DNA from: Narcine bancroftii
Lineage: Eukaryota
Direction of reading: 5' to 3'
DNA: 64,000 nt
NCBI RefSeq assembly: GCF_036971445.1
Contig: NC_091473.1
Location: forward strand, 191,642,001 to 191,706,000
Positions 21,801 to 35,400 of the stretch are shown here, piece by piece (positions within the stretch are counted from its first letter, which is position 1; every line of letters begins with the position of its first letter). The position numbers and the translations under genes were made by a program. A model generated the notes under the pieces. The model was not told the DNA's origin, did not search any database, and saw only the letters and a list, made by a program, of their open reading frames with translations.

Positions 21801-24800
21801 AACAGAGCAGTTGGAAAAGGAAATAGTAAATATAGAAAAAGAATTAGTAATGAAGGAAGATACAACTAAAAGAAGAGAATTGGCGGATAAAAAAATAAAA
21901 TATGGAACACTACAAACATATAAGGTGGAGAAGACCATAATGAAGACAAAACAGAAATATTATGAACTAGGAGAAAAAACGCACAAAATCCTAGCATGGC
22001 AGCTTAAGACAGAACAAGCTAAGAAAATGGTATTGGCATCAAGGAAAAAAGACAAACAAATTACATATAATCCAAAAGAAATTAAGGAAAACTTTAGAGA
22101 ATTCTATGAACAATTATACCGAACTGAAAACGAAGGGAAAGAAGGGAAAATAGATGAATTTCTAACTAAAATTGAACTACCAAAACTACAAATAGAGGAA
22201 CAAAATAAATTAACAGAGCCATTTGGAATAGTAGAAATACAAGGGATAATAAAAAAATTAACAAATAATAAGACACCAGGAGAGGATGGATTCCCAATAG
22301 AATTCTATAAAACATTTAAAGACTTATTAATTCCGCCCCTCCTGGAAGTAATCAACCAGATTGATAAAACGCAAAGCTTACCAGATTCATGTAAAACAGC
22401 AATAATTACAGTAATACTAAAGCAAGGGAAAGATCCACTCACACCAGCGTCATATAGACCAATATCTTTACTTAACACAGATTATAAGATAATAGCTAAA
22501 TTATTAGCAAACAGATTAGCAGAGTATGTACCGAAAATGGTAAATCTAGACCAAACTGGATTTATCAAAAAAAGACGCACAACAGACAATATTTGTAAAT
22601 TTATTAACTTAATTCATACAGTAGAAGGGAATAAAGCACCAACAGTAGCAGTTGCTTTAGACGCAGAGAAGGTCTTTGACAGAGTAGAATGGAATTATTT
22701 GTTCAAAGTATTGCAAAAATTTAGTTTACCGGAGAAGTATATTAATTGGATTAAAGCATTATATAAGGGACCATTAGCGAAAGTGACAGTAATGTATCAA
22801 AGCAATTTAACTTAAGCAGGTCAACACGACAGGGATGCCCACTATCACCTTTATTGTTTGCGTTAGCTATAGAACCACTAGCAGAATTGATAAGAACAGA
22901 AAATAATATAAAAGGGATAAAAATAAAAGACAAGGAATATAAAATCAGTTTATTTGCGGATGATGTTATAGTATACTTAACAGAACCAGAACTATCAATA
23001 AAAGAATTATATAAGGAATTGAAGGAATATGGAGAAGTGTCGGGTTACAAGATCAATGTAAATAAAAGTGAAGCAATGCCTATGAATGATGCGGATTTCT
23101 CAAAATTTAAGAAAGAATCACATTTAGATGGCAAATGCAAGCAATAAGATATCTAGGTGTACCAATAAACAAAAATCTCGGCCAACTATATAAACTCAAT
23201 TATTATCCACTAATGAAAAAATTACGGGATGATTTAGAGCATTGGAAAGATTTACCATTAACACAAATAGGAAGGATAAACTGTATTAAAATGAACATTT
23301 TTCCAAGGATATTATACCTATTTCAGGCATTGCCAATACAACTGACAGAGAAATTCTTCAAGGAGTTAAAGAAAATAATAATGAAATTTTTATGGAAAGG
23401 GGGGAAACCGAGGATAGCACTAGATAAATTAACAGAATGGTATAAACAAGGAGGCTTACAACTGCCAAACTTTAAAAATTATTATACAACCGCACAATTA
23501 AGATACCTATCAGATTTTTATCAAACAAGGGAAAAGCCAGATTGCACTAGATTAGAATTAGATAAAATAGGGGAAAAGACACCTGAACACATATTATATA
23601 AATGGGATGAAAAATTGGTACAACATAGAAGTTCTCCAGTATTACATCATCTCCTCAATATTTGGAAGAAGATTCATGTAGATGAAATAAAACAAATTAT
23701 CAATTACCAAAACGAATATTAACGCAAAACAAGTTACTCCCTTTTACAATAGATAACCTTTCCTTTAGAGAATGGGAGAAAAAAGGGATTTAAAGAATAG
23801 AAAATTGTTTTTCAGGAAATAGATTATTATCCTTTGAACAAATGAAAGATAAATACAATATAACTCAAGATACAGCACTGGCATATTACCAATTGAGATC
23901 CTACTTGAAGGATAAATTAGGAAGCAGTTTGAGTTTGCCAGAGGGAAGTAACTTTGAATATGTGATTACAGATACAATGATAATCAAAAGATTTATAACA
24001 AATATGTATATTAAACTGCAAGAAAAGGAGAATGAGGAAACAAATGGTAAAACTAAACAAAAATGGGAACAGGATTTAAATATAAAGATAAAAAAGGAAA
24101 CATGGGAGAAGTTATGCTCTGGAACGATGAGAAATACAATAAATACGAGGTTACGTATGATACAATATAACTGGATACACAGGCTATACATTACACCTCA
24201 AAAGTTAAATAAATGGGACCCAACAGTATCTGATAGATGTTTTTGATGTAAAAAGAAATGGGAACAACAATTCATGCAATCTGGACATGTGAAAAAGTAG
24301 AAAAATTTTGGGAAGATCTCAATCAGATATTAAATAAAATAACAGAAAACAATATACCAAAGAATCCAGAGATCTTTCTCCTAAGTAACATAAAAAACAA
24401 AGAATTTGGAATTGATTTGGAGGATGCACAAAAAAGATTTGTTAAGATAGCTCTAGCCGTAGCAAAAAAATGTATTATGTCAACCTGGAAATTAGAAGAT
24501 AACTTGAGAATACAACAATGGTATATAGAAATGAATAAATATATTCCATTAGAAAAAATAACATATAGTTTAAGAAATAATATTGAAATATTCGAACAAA
24601 TATGGGAGCCTTATATTAAACACAATAGCGAAAACCTACTGGGGACAATCACTACCTAAGTTAAAGGAAGGAAAAGGAAATGAAAAGAATGGACTCAGTG
24701 GAATTTCTGGTGTATTTTTATTGAATGACAACATTGTCTGACTGGTTTAATGTATCCTAGATTTTATACCTTAAATGGACGGGAGGGGGGTGGTGGGGTG

Positions 24801-24917
24801 TGTGGGAGGGGAGGAGGGGGGGGGGGAGAAAATGACATTGTATATGTGTGAAAAGGAAAAAATATGTATCATGGTTAATGTGATTTATGGTGTGAAAAAT
24901 AAAAAATTATAAAAAAA
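18815..24917 (+). mobile_element. Full-length L1 copy A (ORF1 18949-20235; ORF2 20872-24659 with frameshifts and a stop)
   Basis: ORF1 coiled coil plus RRNNIKIVGL/IERAHR/IYPDIS. ORF2 APE endonuclease (TLNING, QETH, GGDFN, SRID, SDH), RT (SYRPISLLN, FADD) and Cys-rich end. Poly(A). TSD aacaagtcaggaagttcg 18797-18814 vs aacaagtcacaaagttcg 24918-24935 (2 mismatches). Confidence 0.97.
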
Positions 24918-25325
24918 AACAAGTCACAAAGTTCGGTGTTCTTTGGCAGTGTCATAGAGTACATACTATAACCATCTTACAACATCAATATAGAAAAATA
25001 AATAACCATAATTGTACACGAAAAGTGAGGCCGTGTCTTTGGTTCATTGATTATTCAGGAATCTGGTAGCCGTGGGGAAGAAGCTGCTCGTCTTTAGGCT
25101 CCTGGACCTTTTCCCCGACGGGAGCAGAGTGCAGAGGGTGGTGGTGGGGTGGGGGGAGGCCTTTGAGGATAGAGGCTGCTTTCTTAAGACACTGCCTCAT
25201 GTAGATGTCCTCGGCTGGGTGAGGTCTGGTGCCCGTGATGTGACAGGCCGAGCTAACGACCCTCTGGAGTTTATTCTTGTCCCGAGCGTTGGCGCCTCCA
25301 TACCGGGCAGTGCTGTGGGTGAGAT
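24918..25325 (-). mobile_element. Rex1/Babar-type fragment whose tail (18770-18814) was split off by L1 copy A
   Basis: KNKLQRVVSSACHITGT..EDIYMRQCLKKAASILK; its tcagaatcagaatttattgtcatg tail lies left of the L1. Confidence 0.8.
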
Positions 25326-25339
25326 TTACAAGGATGTTT

Positions 25340-25890
25340 TCTGGATTGGGGAACACATCTCATGAGGGTAGGTTGAGCTTGGTCTTTTCCCCTTGGAGCG
25401 ACGAAGGACCAGGGTGACCTGATAGAGGTGCACAAGATGATTGTGTGGTTGGCTGGAGGATTTCACCCCCCCCCCCCCATGGCTAACACCAGGGGACATT
25501 GGTTGAAGGTGCTTGGGGGAATGTATGAGGTAAATTCTTCACTCAGTGGTGGGGGGTATGGAATGCAGAAGGATGAGGGGGAAAGCTCATTGAGGCATTT
25601 TGAATGCTGAAAGGCCCAGACAGAGTAGATGTGGCGAGGATGTTTCCCATGAGAGGGGATTCTAGGATGAGAGGGCACAACTTCAGGTTATCAGTTTCAA
25701 AGATGCAGAAATATTTCTTTAGCCAGAGGCTCATGGGTCTGTGGTCAAAGGCGGCTGTGAAGTTGAGGTCGTTGGGTGGACATAAGGCAGAGATCGATGG
25801 ATATTTGATTAGTCAGGGCATCAAGAGTTTTGGGGAGTGGGATTGAGTGGGAGGATGGATTAGAATGGCGGGGCAGACTCAACGGGCCGA
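25340..25890 (+). mobile_element. CR1 3' fragments (two adjacent)
   Basis: gggtgacctgatagaggtg, MLKGPDRVDVARMFP..FFSQR. Confidence 0.75.
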
Positions 25891-26399
25891 CTTCACCTCC
25901 AATATCTTGTGATCTTGTGTAAGGTAAAGAGAGTTGCCATTAACGTTGCCTGGCGCCACTAACAATGAGAGAAAGAGGAGCGAATGAAAGCTCCCTCCAT
26001 CTCCCAGAATCACCGAGCATCCAGCGCTTCCGCTGCCTCTGCAGCCGCACAGAGCCCAGTTCAGTTCAAACCATTGATAATCCGAGCTCCAGATCGAAGC
26101 CTCCAACTTAATGAGGAAGGCTTCAGCGCCCGAGGCCCAATGTTCTATACTGGTTTTACCATTGGAGGTCTTGTGACAGAGTATTTAGAGGTGGTGTGGG
26201 TGGAATTGCTAGAGCAGGTTGTACACACACATTTTAAAACACAGAATATTTGCAGGACTTTTGCAGACCGCTTTTTGCCTCGGTTCTCCTGTTGCCTGCT
26301 GTTCAGTCATCACAGAGTTTGTTGGTTGGGCTTTCTCCTCATATTCCCTCACACGTTATTGGAATTTTGGAAGCTGCTGGTTCTTCTGGCCCCCCCCCA

Positions 26400-27810
26400 A
26401 GGAAAGATTAAGATTGATAAGTCCCTGGGACTGGATGTGATAGATCCCAGGTTGCTGTTGGATGGGAGGGTCATTAGCTATGATCCTTGCATCCCCTTGA
26501 CTACGGAGGAGGTGCCAGAGGATTGGAGAAGGACAAATGTGGTCTCCTTGCTTATACAAAGATAACAGGGAGAATCTGGGAATTATAGACTGGCGTTGGT
26601 TCTGTCAGTGGTGTTCAAACTAATGGAGAGGATTCTTAAGGACAGGTTTTATAAGCATTTGGAGAAGAACTGTCAAGGAGAGCCAGCATAGTTTTGTGAA
26701 GGTAAGGTTGTACCACATGAGTCTAATTGAGATCTTTGAGGAGGTAACAAAAGAAATTGATGAAGGATGGGTCAGTAAGTTTGCGGATGATACGAAGGTT
26801 GGAGGAGTTGTGGATGGTGCTGAAGGTTGTCACAGGTTACAAAGGGATATAGACAGGATGCAAAGATAAAAGTGGTAGATGGAGTTCAATTCTAGATAAA
26901 TATGAGGGTGATGCATTTTGGAAGGTCAAACCAGAAGGCTGAGTCCAGGGTTAATGGTCAGTGTGGAGGAACAGAGAGATCTTAGTGTCCAAATCTATAT
27001 ATCTCTCAAGGTTGGTAGGATGGTTAAGAAGGCCTATGTGATGGTGGACTTCATTAAAAGGGAGACTGAGTTCAAGAGTGTTGCAGTTGCATAGATGTAT
27101 GGAGTGGCCAGTCTGACCTATCTGACCTTCCCTGACCCTTCCCTTGGCTCCTCTTTCGATTTCCCAATAAAAGCTGGTGTGTTCGGACTCGCCCCCTCTT
27201 GCTCCTGTTCCTGGAACCTGGCCAAATCGTGCTCAGGTTTTTGGTAATTTAAAGCCATTTAATCACTCCATCGCGTCGACGTGATTAATATGTGCACCAC
27301 AAGAGGTCATGTCACAACTCTACAAATCTCTGTTCAGTTCTGGTCACCTCATTGCGGTAAGGATGCGGATGCTGTGGAGAGTGTACAGAGCAGATTTACC
27401 AGGATGTTGCCTGGTTTGGAAAATAAATTTTAAGAGGCCGGATTAGCAGAGCTGGAACTTTTCTCTTTGGAGCGAAGAGGAGATTTAAATGAGGTCTACA
27501 AGATTTTGAGAGGTGGTCAGCCCTCGCCTTTCTTAGGGCCAAAATAGCAAACACCAGAGGACGTCTGTACAAAGTGAAGGGAGGGACGTTTAGGGGCATA
27601 TTTTTTAATACAGTTGCCTGGAATGAATTGCCAGGGGTAGTGGTGGAGGCTGGAACATTAGGGGCATATAAGAGACTCTTAGACAGGCATATGGATGAAT
27701 GAAAAATGGAGGGCTATGGCGTAGGAAGGATTTAGTAATTTTTTTATAGGAACATATTGGTCGACACAACATTGAGAGCCCAAGGGCCTACTGAGCTGTA
27801 ATTTTCTATG
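26400..27810 (+). mobile_element. Degenerate CR1 LINE containing a solo LTR
   Basis: KSLGLD, EVPEDWRRTNVVSL, KFADDTK remnants, CR1 3' end. Confidence 0.85.
27079..27301 (+). mobile_element. Short solo LTR (Gypsy-like), 4-bp TSD AGAG
   Basis: TGTTG...CCACA termini; AGAG at 27075-27078 and 27302-27305; cleanly interrupts CR1 sequence gagttcaagag|aggtcat. Confidence 0.7.
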
Positions 27811-28239
27811 AAAGACCAAGGCCAATTCAATGATCATTTATTTTTAATTAGATGGAAAAGATATACTCATGGAGCAATAACATCCAACCACCCTGGGATG
27901 AGCCCTCTCAAGATGTAAATATTGACTCTCTCTCCCTCTCTGCTGGGTGCAATCTCATTCTTAACATTTGTTTGATATTTACATCTACTGGCTGTAGAGT
28001 CAATATTAATTTCTCTGTGACAGCTTGGAAGTGTGATAGCAACTTGGAACTTGAAGCAAAGACTCTCAGTCGCCCCTCATCTCAGCCTGCCCAGTGGCCA
28101 CTGTTGAGTGCTTGGGGGACCTATTGAATTGGAAAGAAGGCAGCCAATCAGTGCACGCCAAACCCCCATAAGCAACCAATCACCCCTGCCATGGTGATAA
28201 AGGTCCAGGTGCAGAAGCTCTGACATGTGACCCCCGTGG

Positions 28240-28600
28240 TATAAAAATTATGAAAGGCATCAATTAGATAGAGGTCGGTAAGTCGTTCCCATTGGTGGGG
28301 GAGACCAGAACGAGGGGACTTAGCCTCAAGATCCAAGGTATTAGGATGGAGATGAGGAGGAACTGCTTTTCCCAGAGGGTGGGGAATCTGTGGGATTCGC
28401 TGAAGCAGTGGAGGTGACCCCAGTAAATATATTTAAGACAAGGTTGGATAGATTTTTACAGGATTGGGGAATTAAGGGATGTGGGGAAAAGGCAGGTGGG
28501 TGGAGATGAGCCCATCGTCAGATCAGCCACGATCTAATTGAACGGGGAAGCAGGCTCAATGGGCCGGATGGCTGAATCCCACTCCTATTCCTTGTGTTCT
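28240..28600 (+). mobile_element. CR1 3' end
   Basis: ggagatgaggaggaactgcttttcccagagggtggggaatctgtgg and CR1 tail. Confidence 0.75.
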
Positions 28601-29393
28601 TGTGTCCATCAACAATTGGAATGGGGAACTCAGTGGGATCTGATCCCTGGGGTAGTTGTAGAAAGTGGGGGTTGAATATTGAAAATGCGGGGGAGTCAAG
28701 GGGTGTGGGGAGAGAGCATCAAATTGACCCACCGAGTTCCTCCGGCAGCTCATTGTTTACAGGGGGTAGAAGTTTACTCTGTTACCCAGAGCATTCAGTC
28801 CCTTAGACAGGAAGATGGCAGAGGCCATACACAAAGGGGGCGCACAGCCACTGAATCTCACTGAGTAGGAATGGGAGATTCCCATGTGTCCCTCAGTCTG
28901 ATATGGGCGTCAATGGACCCCTTATCACTTTGAATGGTGTAAGCCTCTTGATCCTGTGACACAGGAAGAAATGACAGCCATTCGGCCCATTGCCTGTCCT
29001 ACTCCTGCTCTTATTTCCTATTTTTCTATGGGTGAGATCCAGAACTGAAATATTGCAAGACCTGGCATATCTCAAATACACCAGAAAATCAATAACTGGT
29101 CAGTCAAATCACTAACGTTGGACAACATTTTATTTCAAAAGGCTTGCTTCCTGAAAAGATTGGAGATTATAATAAACAGCTTCAGATCAACACAGATAAT
29201 TTCAGATTCGCTGTATCACATAGGAAGTTGGAGAAACATTAAATTAACTTTTATTGAATTTAGCATGTTTAATCACATTGTTTTGTACCATGTGTAACGA
29301 GCAGCAATAGACAACGAACCAGACAGTGTTTAATTTTAAAACACTGATTTTATTTCTAACTCTTAAAATATCCTTAACACAATATATCCCAGT

Positions 29394-29396
<3 letters not shown>

Positions 29397-29459
<63 letters not shown>
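29397..29459. repeat. (GT)n microsatellite within a possible LTR-like element starting TGTAAC near 29293
   Basis: The microsatellite is directly visible; the LTR context is tentative. Confidence 0.85.
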
Positions 29460-29461
<2 letters not shown>

Positions 29462-29819
29462 TGAGATATACCCTGACCATTCAGTCCAGGCCAAAATCTA
29501 GAAAGTCTTTCAAATTCAATGTTGACACCTAGGCCTTTGAAATTTAATGCCCAGAATTAAAGTCAAAGTGATGGCTGCTGCAGGCTGACGAATTCTTCTC
29601 GCATTGCCTTTCCATCCACACGAGCTGTGGCCATAACACTCCTGGTCCTTTTGTAGGCAGAACTCAAACTGGGCGGCCTCCACGAAGCTTCCAAGACCCT
29701 GGCCACCGTTCTCTCCAAGTGACCTCCACTGTTACATTAGAAACGAAGGACTTTGCTTTCCAAAAGACCCTCCCGGCACAGGTCGATTGACTGAAAAGGC
29801 CCAGTCATTCACAGAGCAT

Positions 29820-30760
29820 GACACCTAAAATAGGTTTGTTTAATTCAAAAGAACAATGGGAACGGGATTTGGACACGATAATAGATCAACAAGTCTGGCA
29901 GAATTTGCGAAAAGCGGTTACGACAAATATTATTAATGTACGAAATAGATAACTTCATTATAAATTTTGACATCTATTGTATATTAGTCCTCAGAAATTG
30001 AGTAGATGGAGATCAGATTTATCGGATCAATGTTTTAGATGTGGAGGAGAAATTGGAACTTTTCTTCACTCTACGTGGTCTTTCTGAAAGGTCAACCCAT
30101 TTTGGGTTTCTATCAGTCAATTTCTGCAACAGATAATGGGAGTGAATTTTCCTTTAAATCCTGAATGACTTTGTTAGGAAATTTTGATAGTGTGATTCCC
30201 AAATTATTGTTGTCAGATTCCCAACAGTTTTTGTAACAGCAAGTAAATGTGTCGCTGTAACACAGAAATGTGATGTTTCATTAACATTAGAGAGATGGCT
30301 CACTGAGGTTCAAAGCTGGATTCCATTAGAAAAAAAAAGTGCATCATTTAAGGGATAAATATTCTTTAATTTTGCCAATTTGGTGTCCGTATTCAAAAAT
30401 AATGAAATTAAACATGAATTTATTAATTTCTTTCTTGATCAGTGAAGTTTTCCCTAAAAAATGTAACAATTTATGATGTTTTTCAGGTCTTTGTGTGTCA
30501 ATGGACAGAATCCAAATTAATTCCTTGTAATTGTTTTATAATGAAATATCTTATATTTTAGTTTTGGGGTTAGATTAGTTTGGGGGAGGGTGGGTTAATA
30601 GGTTTTTTTTGAAGTTTGTAGTTTGTTTTTAGATTTTAGTATTTTAGTTTTTATAAATAGATGTTCAACATATATTTGTTAATATTCTATGATGTAATTA
30701 TGCTCTAATGTTCTTAATTTTTGACATTATATATGTTGAATAAATAAAATATTAAAAAAA
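29820..30760 (+). mobile_element. Older, divergent L1 3' fragment
   Basis: KEQWERDL..TNIINVR..YISPQKL..DQCFRCGGEIGTFLH, AT-rich UTR, aataaa and poly(A) ending at 30760. Confidence 0.85.
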
Positions 30761-30984
30761 AGAATGGTTCTCCCTTGCAGAATCACAGTGACTTTGCAAA
30801 CATATTGAATTTTGAAAGAGGCTGTGATGATCCTTCCCTCTGTTCTTCCAATGTATTGAATGATCGCTGGGCTGTGACTTGTGTTGTGCTTGTGGGAAAT
30901 ATTCAATGTTAACCATGACCATTCACTCCCTCCTGATTATACTATCCCTTACAGTAATAATCCCATTTTACTAAAACAGGAAGC

Positions 30985-31410
30985 TCATAATAGGATAATG
31001 TTGCTGACACTTTGAGTTCGCTCAACAGACCTAAAAAGGTTTTGCCACTGATTTTCATTTGTACTCAGCATCTGATGCCTCTCGTATCAGTGCCCAACAA
31101 TAGTCGGCCGGCAGTAATGGATTCCAGTTGCCCCAATACCTCTTTTCTACAGTCGCAATATCCCGGTAAAACCTTTCACCGTGTTCATCACCGACTGCGC
31201 CAAAATCAGTGGGGAAGACGTCCAAGTGCGAATGCAGAAAAATGACCTTCGTGTGCTTCATGGTTTTGTGTGCTTGGAAAATATGACAGGAAATCACCAA
31301 AAAATACGTTATATCTAAAAAAATGTATGCAATAGGAAATTTTAAGGTGATTTTCGTGATCAGCAGCCCAAAATCCATAAAATACAACCAAAAATGTTGA
31401 AGAAGCAGTA
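30985..31410 (-). mobile_element. Chapaev3-like (CMC) DNA transposon non-autonomous fragment
   Basis: FLHSHLDVFPTDFGAVGDEHGERFYRDIATVEKRYWGNW...ADYCW transposase C-terminus. Confidence 0.75.
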
Positions 31411-32436
31411 CAACACGATCAAATTAAAGTTCCAAGTTAGTTGGTTTGTAGCATTTAATGATGGATAAGAGCAGAGGAAGCAGGAGGCCATGAATCATTA
31501 CAGTGAACCATTACAGGGTGGGGTGTGCATGCAAGCTATGCTTATGGAAGAAAAGAGGATCTTTAATCCATGATGTCTGTATTGGTTCTTTGCCACTTCC
31601 TGTAGGTCATCAGGATTTCATTGTACAGGTACACAATCCTTTATCTGGACATCTAAAATCCGGAAAGCTCCAAAATGCGGCAAGTGGGGAGCGAGACGGC
31701 AGTGCGAGTTGGGCAGGTGAGGGGGAGAGACGGCAGCACGAGTTGGGTAGGTGAGGGGGAGAGATGGCAGTGCAAGTCAAGTGGGTGAGGGGTGGTGGTG
31801 GAGATGGCAGCATGACTGGAAGGGGGTGGGGGTGGATACGGCAGCACAATGTGGGAGGGCTTAAATCTGGCTTTCTGAAATCTGGAAAAATCTGAAATCC
31901 AGAACTCACTGTCCCCCAAAGATCCTGAATAAAAGATTGTGCACCTGTAGGGGTTTTGACGGCAATATTTAAAATGCCATTATTAAAGGGATTGGTGCTG
32001 GAGGATGGGAGGGTAGTTCATGTCATGTCATTCTACTGTTTAAAAAAGGTACCTGAAGTAAATCTAGTAATTAAAGGCCTGTAAGTTTGATATCAGTGGT
32101 GGATAAGTTCATGGAGAGTATTCTTAGAGATGGTATACATAAATATTTGGATAGACAGGGTTTAATTAGAAACAGTCAACATGGATTTGTGAGAGGAAGA
32201 TCATGTTTGACAAACCTTATCAAATTTTTTTGAAGCGGTTACTTGGAACATTTTTTTTTAAATTTTTTATTTTTCACACCATAAACCACATTAACCATGA
32301 TACATACTTTTTCCTTTTCAAATATATACAGTGCCATTTTCTCCCCCCCCTCCCTCCTCCCATCCCACCCTCCCTACCTTCCCACCCCCGTCCATTTAAG
32401 GTACAAAATCTAGGATACATTAAACCAGTCAAACAA

Positions 32437-35400
32437 GGGAGTCACGTGATGGAGTAGTGGCCGGACAGTGAACTCCAGCCCTCTCCAGAAAAGTCGGAAA
32501 AAACAAAGGAAAACACAAAGGCACAGAAATAAAAATTAAAGAAAAGTGAGTATAAAGGTGGAAAGAAGATGGCGACGAAAAAAGAAAAATCGAAATCAAC
32601 GGTAAGAAGAGAGGAAGAGAAGACAACGGAAGAAGAAGGAGAAGGCCTTACCTGTTCGAAGAGGCCCGCGGTGGAGAGAGAAACCCGCTCCCTCAGGTCG
32701 GTAGAAAGTGGACTACAAAAATAGCTCGCTGAGCCAAGTAAAAGTGCGCAACCGCGCATGAAAAAAAACACACCGACGGGAGGGGTGACCAGCTGGGGAG
32801 TCGATCTCCACAGCCGGCAATGACAGCTGCAGAACACCTGCAGCAAGAGGAGAACACAGAAGACAACGAAAACAAGAAAGAAGAGAAGAAAAGGGCAACA
32901 AAGAAACAACAGATGGCCAACCCAGAGGAAGAAGAAGAAGAAGAGGAAGAGTACAGTGAAATAGAAGAAGAAGGGAAAGGCAAGGTAAAGGATATACTTT
33001 CTCTTATTAAAGAATACATGGAGTCATTTAAAGAATGGCAAGTGCAGGAATTTAATGATTTAAGAAGAAGAATAAACAATACAGAAGAGAAAATGAATAA
33101 AATAGATATGACCTTATCAGAAATGGGAAAGAAAATGGACAACATGGAAGAGCGGGAAGCAGCAGTAGAAATGGAGGTAGAGGACTTAAAAAAGAAATTA
33201 GAGGAATCTAATAAAAAAGTTATAGAGACACAAGAACTGTTAGCTCAGAAAATAGATATAATGGAAAATTATAACAGAAGAAATCACATAAAGATAGTGG
33301 GCCTTAAAGAAGATGAAGAAGGCAAGAATATGAGAGAGTTTATAAAAGATTGGATCCCCAGGATCCTAGGATGTCCAGAACTACAGCAAGAAATGGAAAT
33401 AGAAAGGGCACATAGAGCATTGGCCTTTAAACCACAACCACAACAAAAACCAAGATCTATTTTAGTAAAATTCCTAAGATATACTACAAGAGAAAAGGTA
33501 CTAGAGAAGACAATGGAAAAAGTAAGAGAGGGCAACAAGCCACTGGAGTACAAAGGGCAAAAAATCTTCATTTATCCAGATATAAGTTTTGAACTCCTGA
33601 AGAAGAGAAAGGAGTTCAATACAGCAAAGGCGATTTTATGGAAGAAAGGGTATAAATTTATACTAAAGCATCCAGTGGTATTGAAAATATTTATTCCAGG
33701 ACAACAAAACAGACTATTCTCGGATCCAGAGGAAGCACGAAAATTTGCAGAACAATTACAAAATAGACTGAGGGATGAAGACGTGTAATGAGAGTACAAA
33801 AGACTGAGAACTAAAAAGACACATAAGCTTTGAACTCCTGAAGAAGAGAAAGGAGTTCAATACATCGAAAACGATCTTATGGGGAAAAAAAAACTATTCT
33901 CGGATCCAGAGGAAGTAAGGAAATTAGCAGAACAACTACAAAACAAGCAGAGAGATGAAGACATGTAATAAGAGTAAAAATGACCATGATTTATATGTAT
34001 GTGGGTAAAGAGGTATATGTGTGTATATGTATAATGTGCATACATGAATGTATCCGTATTTAGAGGAAAATATAGATAGTATAGACAAGAATTAATAAGG
34101 GAAGGAAATGGAATTGAGGGAATAAGGAGGGAACTAAAAGAGTGACCTTTGTTACATATGAAAAGTGAAATCTTTCCTGGGGGGGGGCTGGGTGGGGAGG
34201 AGTTGCGGTCACTGCAAAATCAGCTGACGCTTGCGAGTGAATTCGCAAATCCAAATGGAGAGGGGAGATGTGGTTGTCCGACAAGGGATAAAGGACAACT
34301 CAGGAGGGAAAGGGGAGATTGAGGCTAAAGAAGTTTTAAATAGGAGAATAAGGAAAATGTTTGATGTTTTAGGAATGTTGTCTTATAAAGGGTTTAAAAC
34401 AAGAAAACAGAAATGGATAAGGAGGAAAGGTAATGATAGAGAAACGGAAAGGGAAGATAAACAAAGTATAAAATGGCTACGTTGAACTATATGACTTTAA
34501 ATATTAATGGAATACATAACCAAATTAAAAGGAAGAAACTGCTAAATTTACTGAAAAAAGAAAAAATTGATATAGCATTTGTGCAAAAAACACACTTAAC
34601 TGAATTTGAGCACAAGAAATTAAAGAGAGATTGGGTAGGACACGTAACAGCAGCATCGTATAATTCAAAAGCAAGAGGAGTAGCTATATTAATTAGTAAA
34701 AATGTGCCATTTAAAATAGAAGAGGAAATAATAGATCCAGCAGGGAGATATGTAATGATAAAATGTCAGATATATTCGGAGTTTTGGAATTTACTCAATG
34801 TATATTCACCTAACGAAGAAGATCAAAAGTTTATGCAAGATATCTTTTTGAAGGTAGCAGATACGCAAGGGAACATATTAATAGGAGGGGATTTCAACCT
34901 GAATTTGGATTCAAATATGGATAAAACTGGGAAAAAAATTAACAGAAAGAACAAAGTAATCAAATTTATAATTAAATCAATGGAAGAAATGCAACTTTTG
35001 GATATATGGAGGAAACAACACCCAAAAGAAAAGGAATATTCATATTACTCGGCTAGACATAAAACATACTCAAGAATAGACCTATTTTTGTTATCAGCTA
35101 GTATGCAAGATAGAGTAAGAAAAACAGAATATAAAGCTAGAATATTATCGTACCATTCACCCTTGATATTGACAATAGAGTTAGAGGACATCCCTCCAAG
35201 AATGTATAGATGGAGATTAAACCCCATGTTACTTAAAAGGCAGGATTTTAGAGAATTTATTGAAAAACAAATAAAAATGTATTTTGAAATAAATACGGAA
35301 TCAGTGGAAGATAAGTTTATACTATGGGATGCAATGAAAGCGTTCATTAGAGGGCAAATAATAAGTTATGTAACCAAGATGAAGAAGGACTATAATCAGG

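Noticed and set aside
25984-26565. 193-aa ORF
   Set aside because: Chance read-through of unique DNA, an LTR fragment and CR1.
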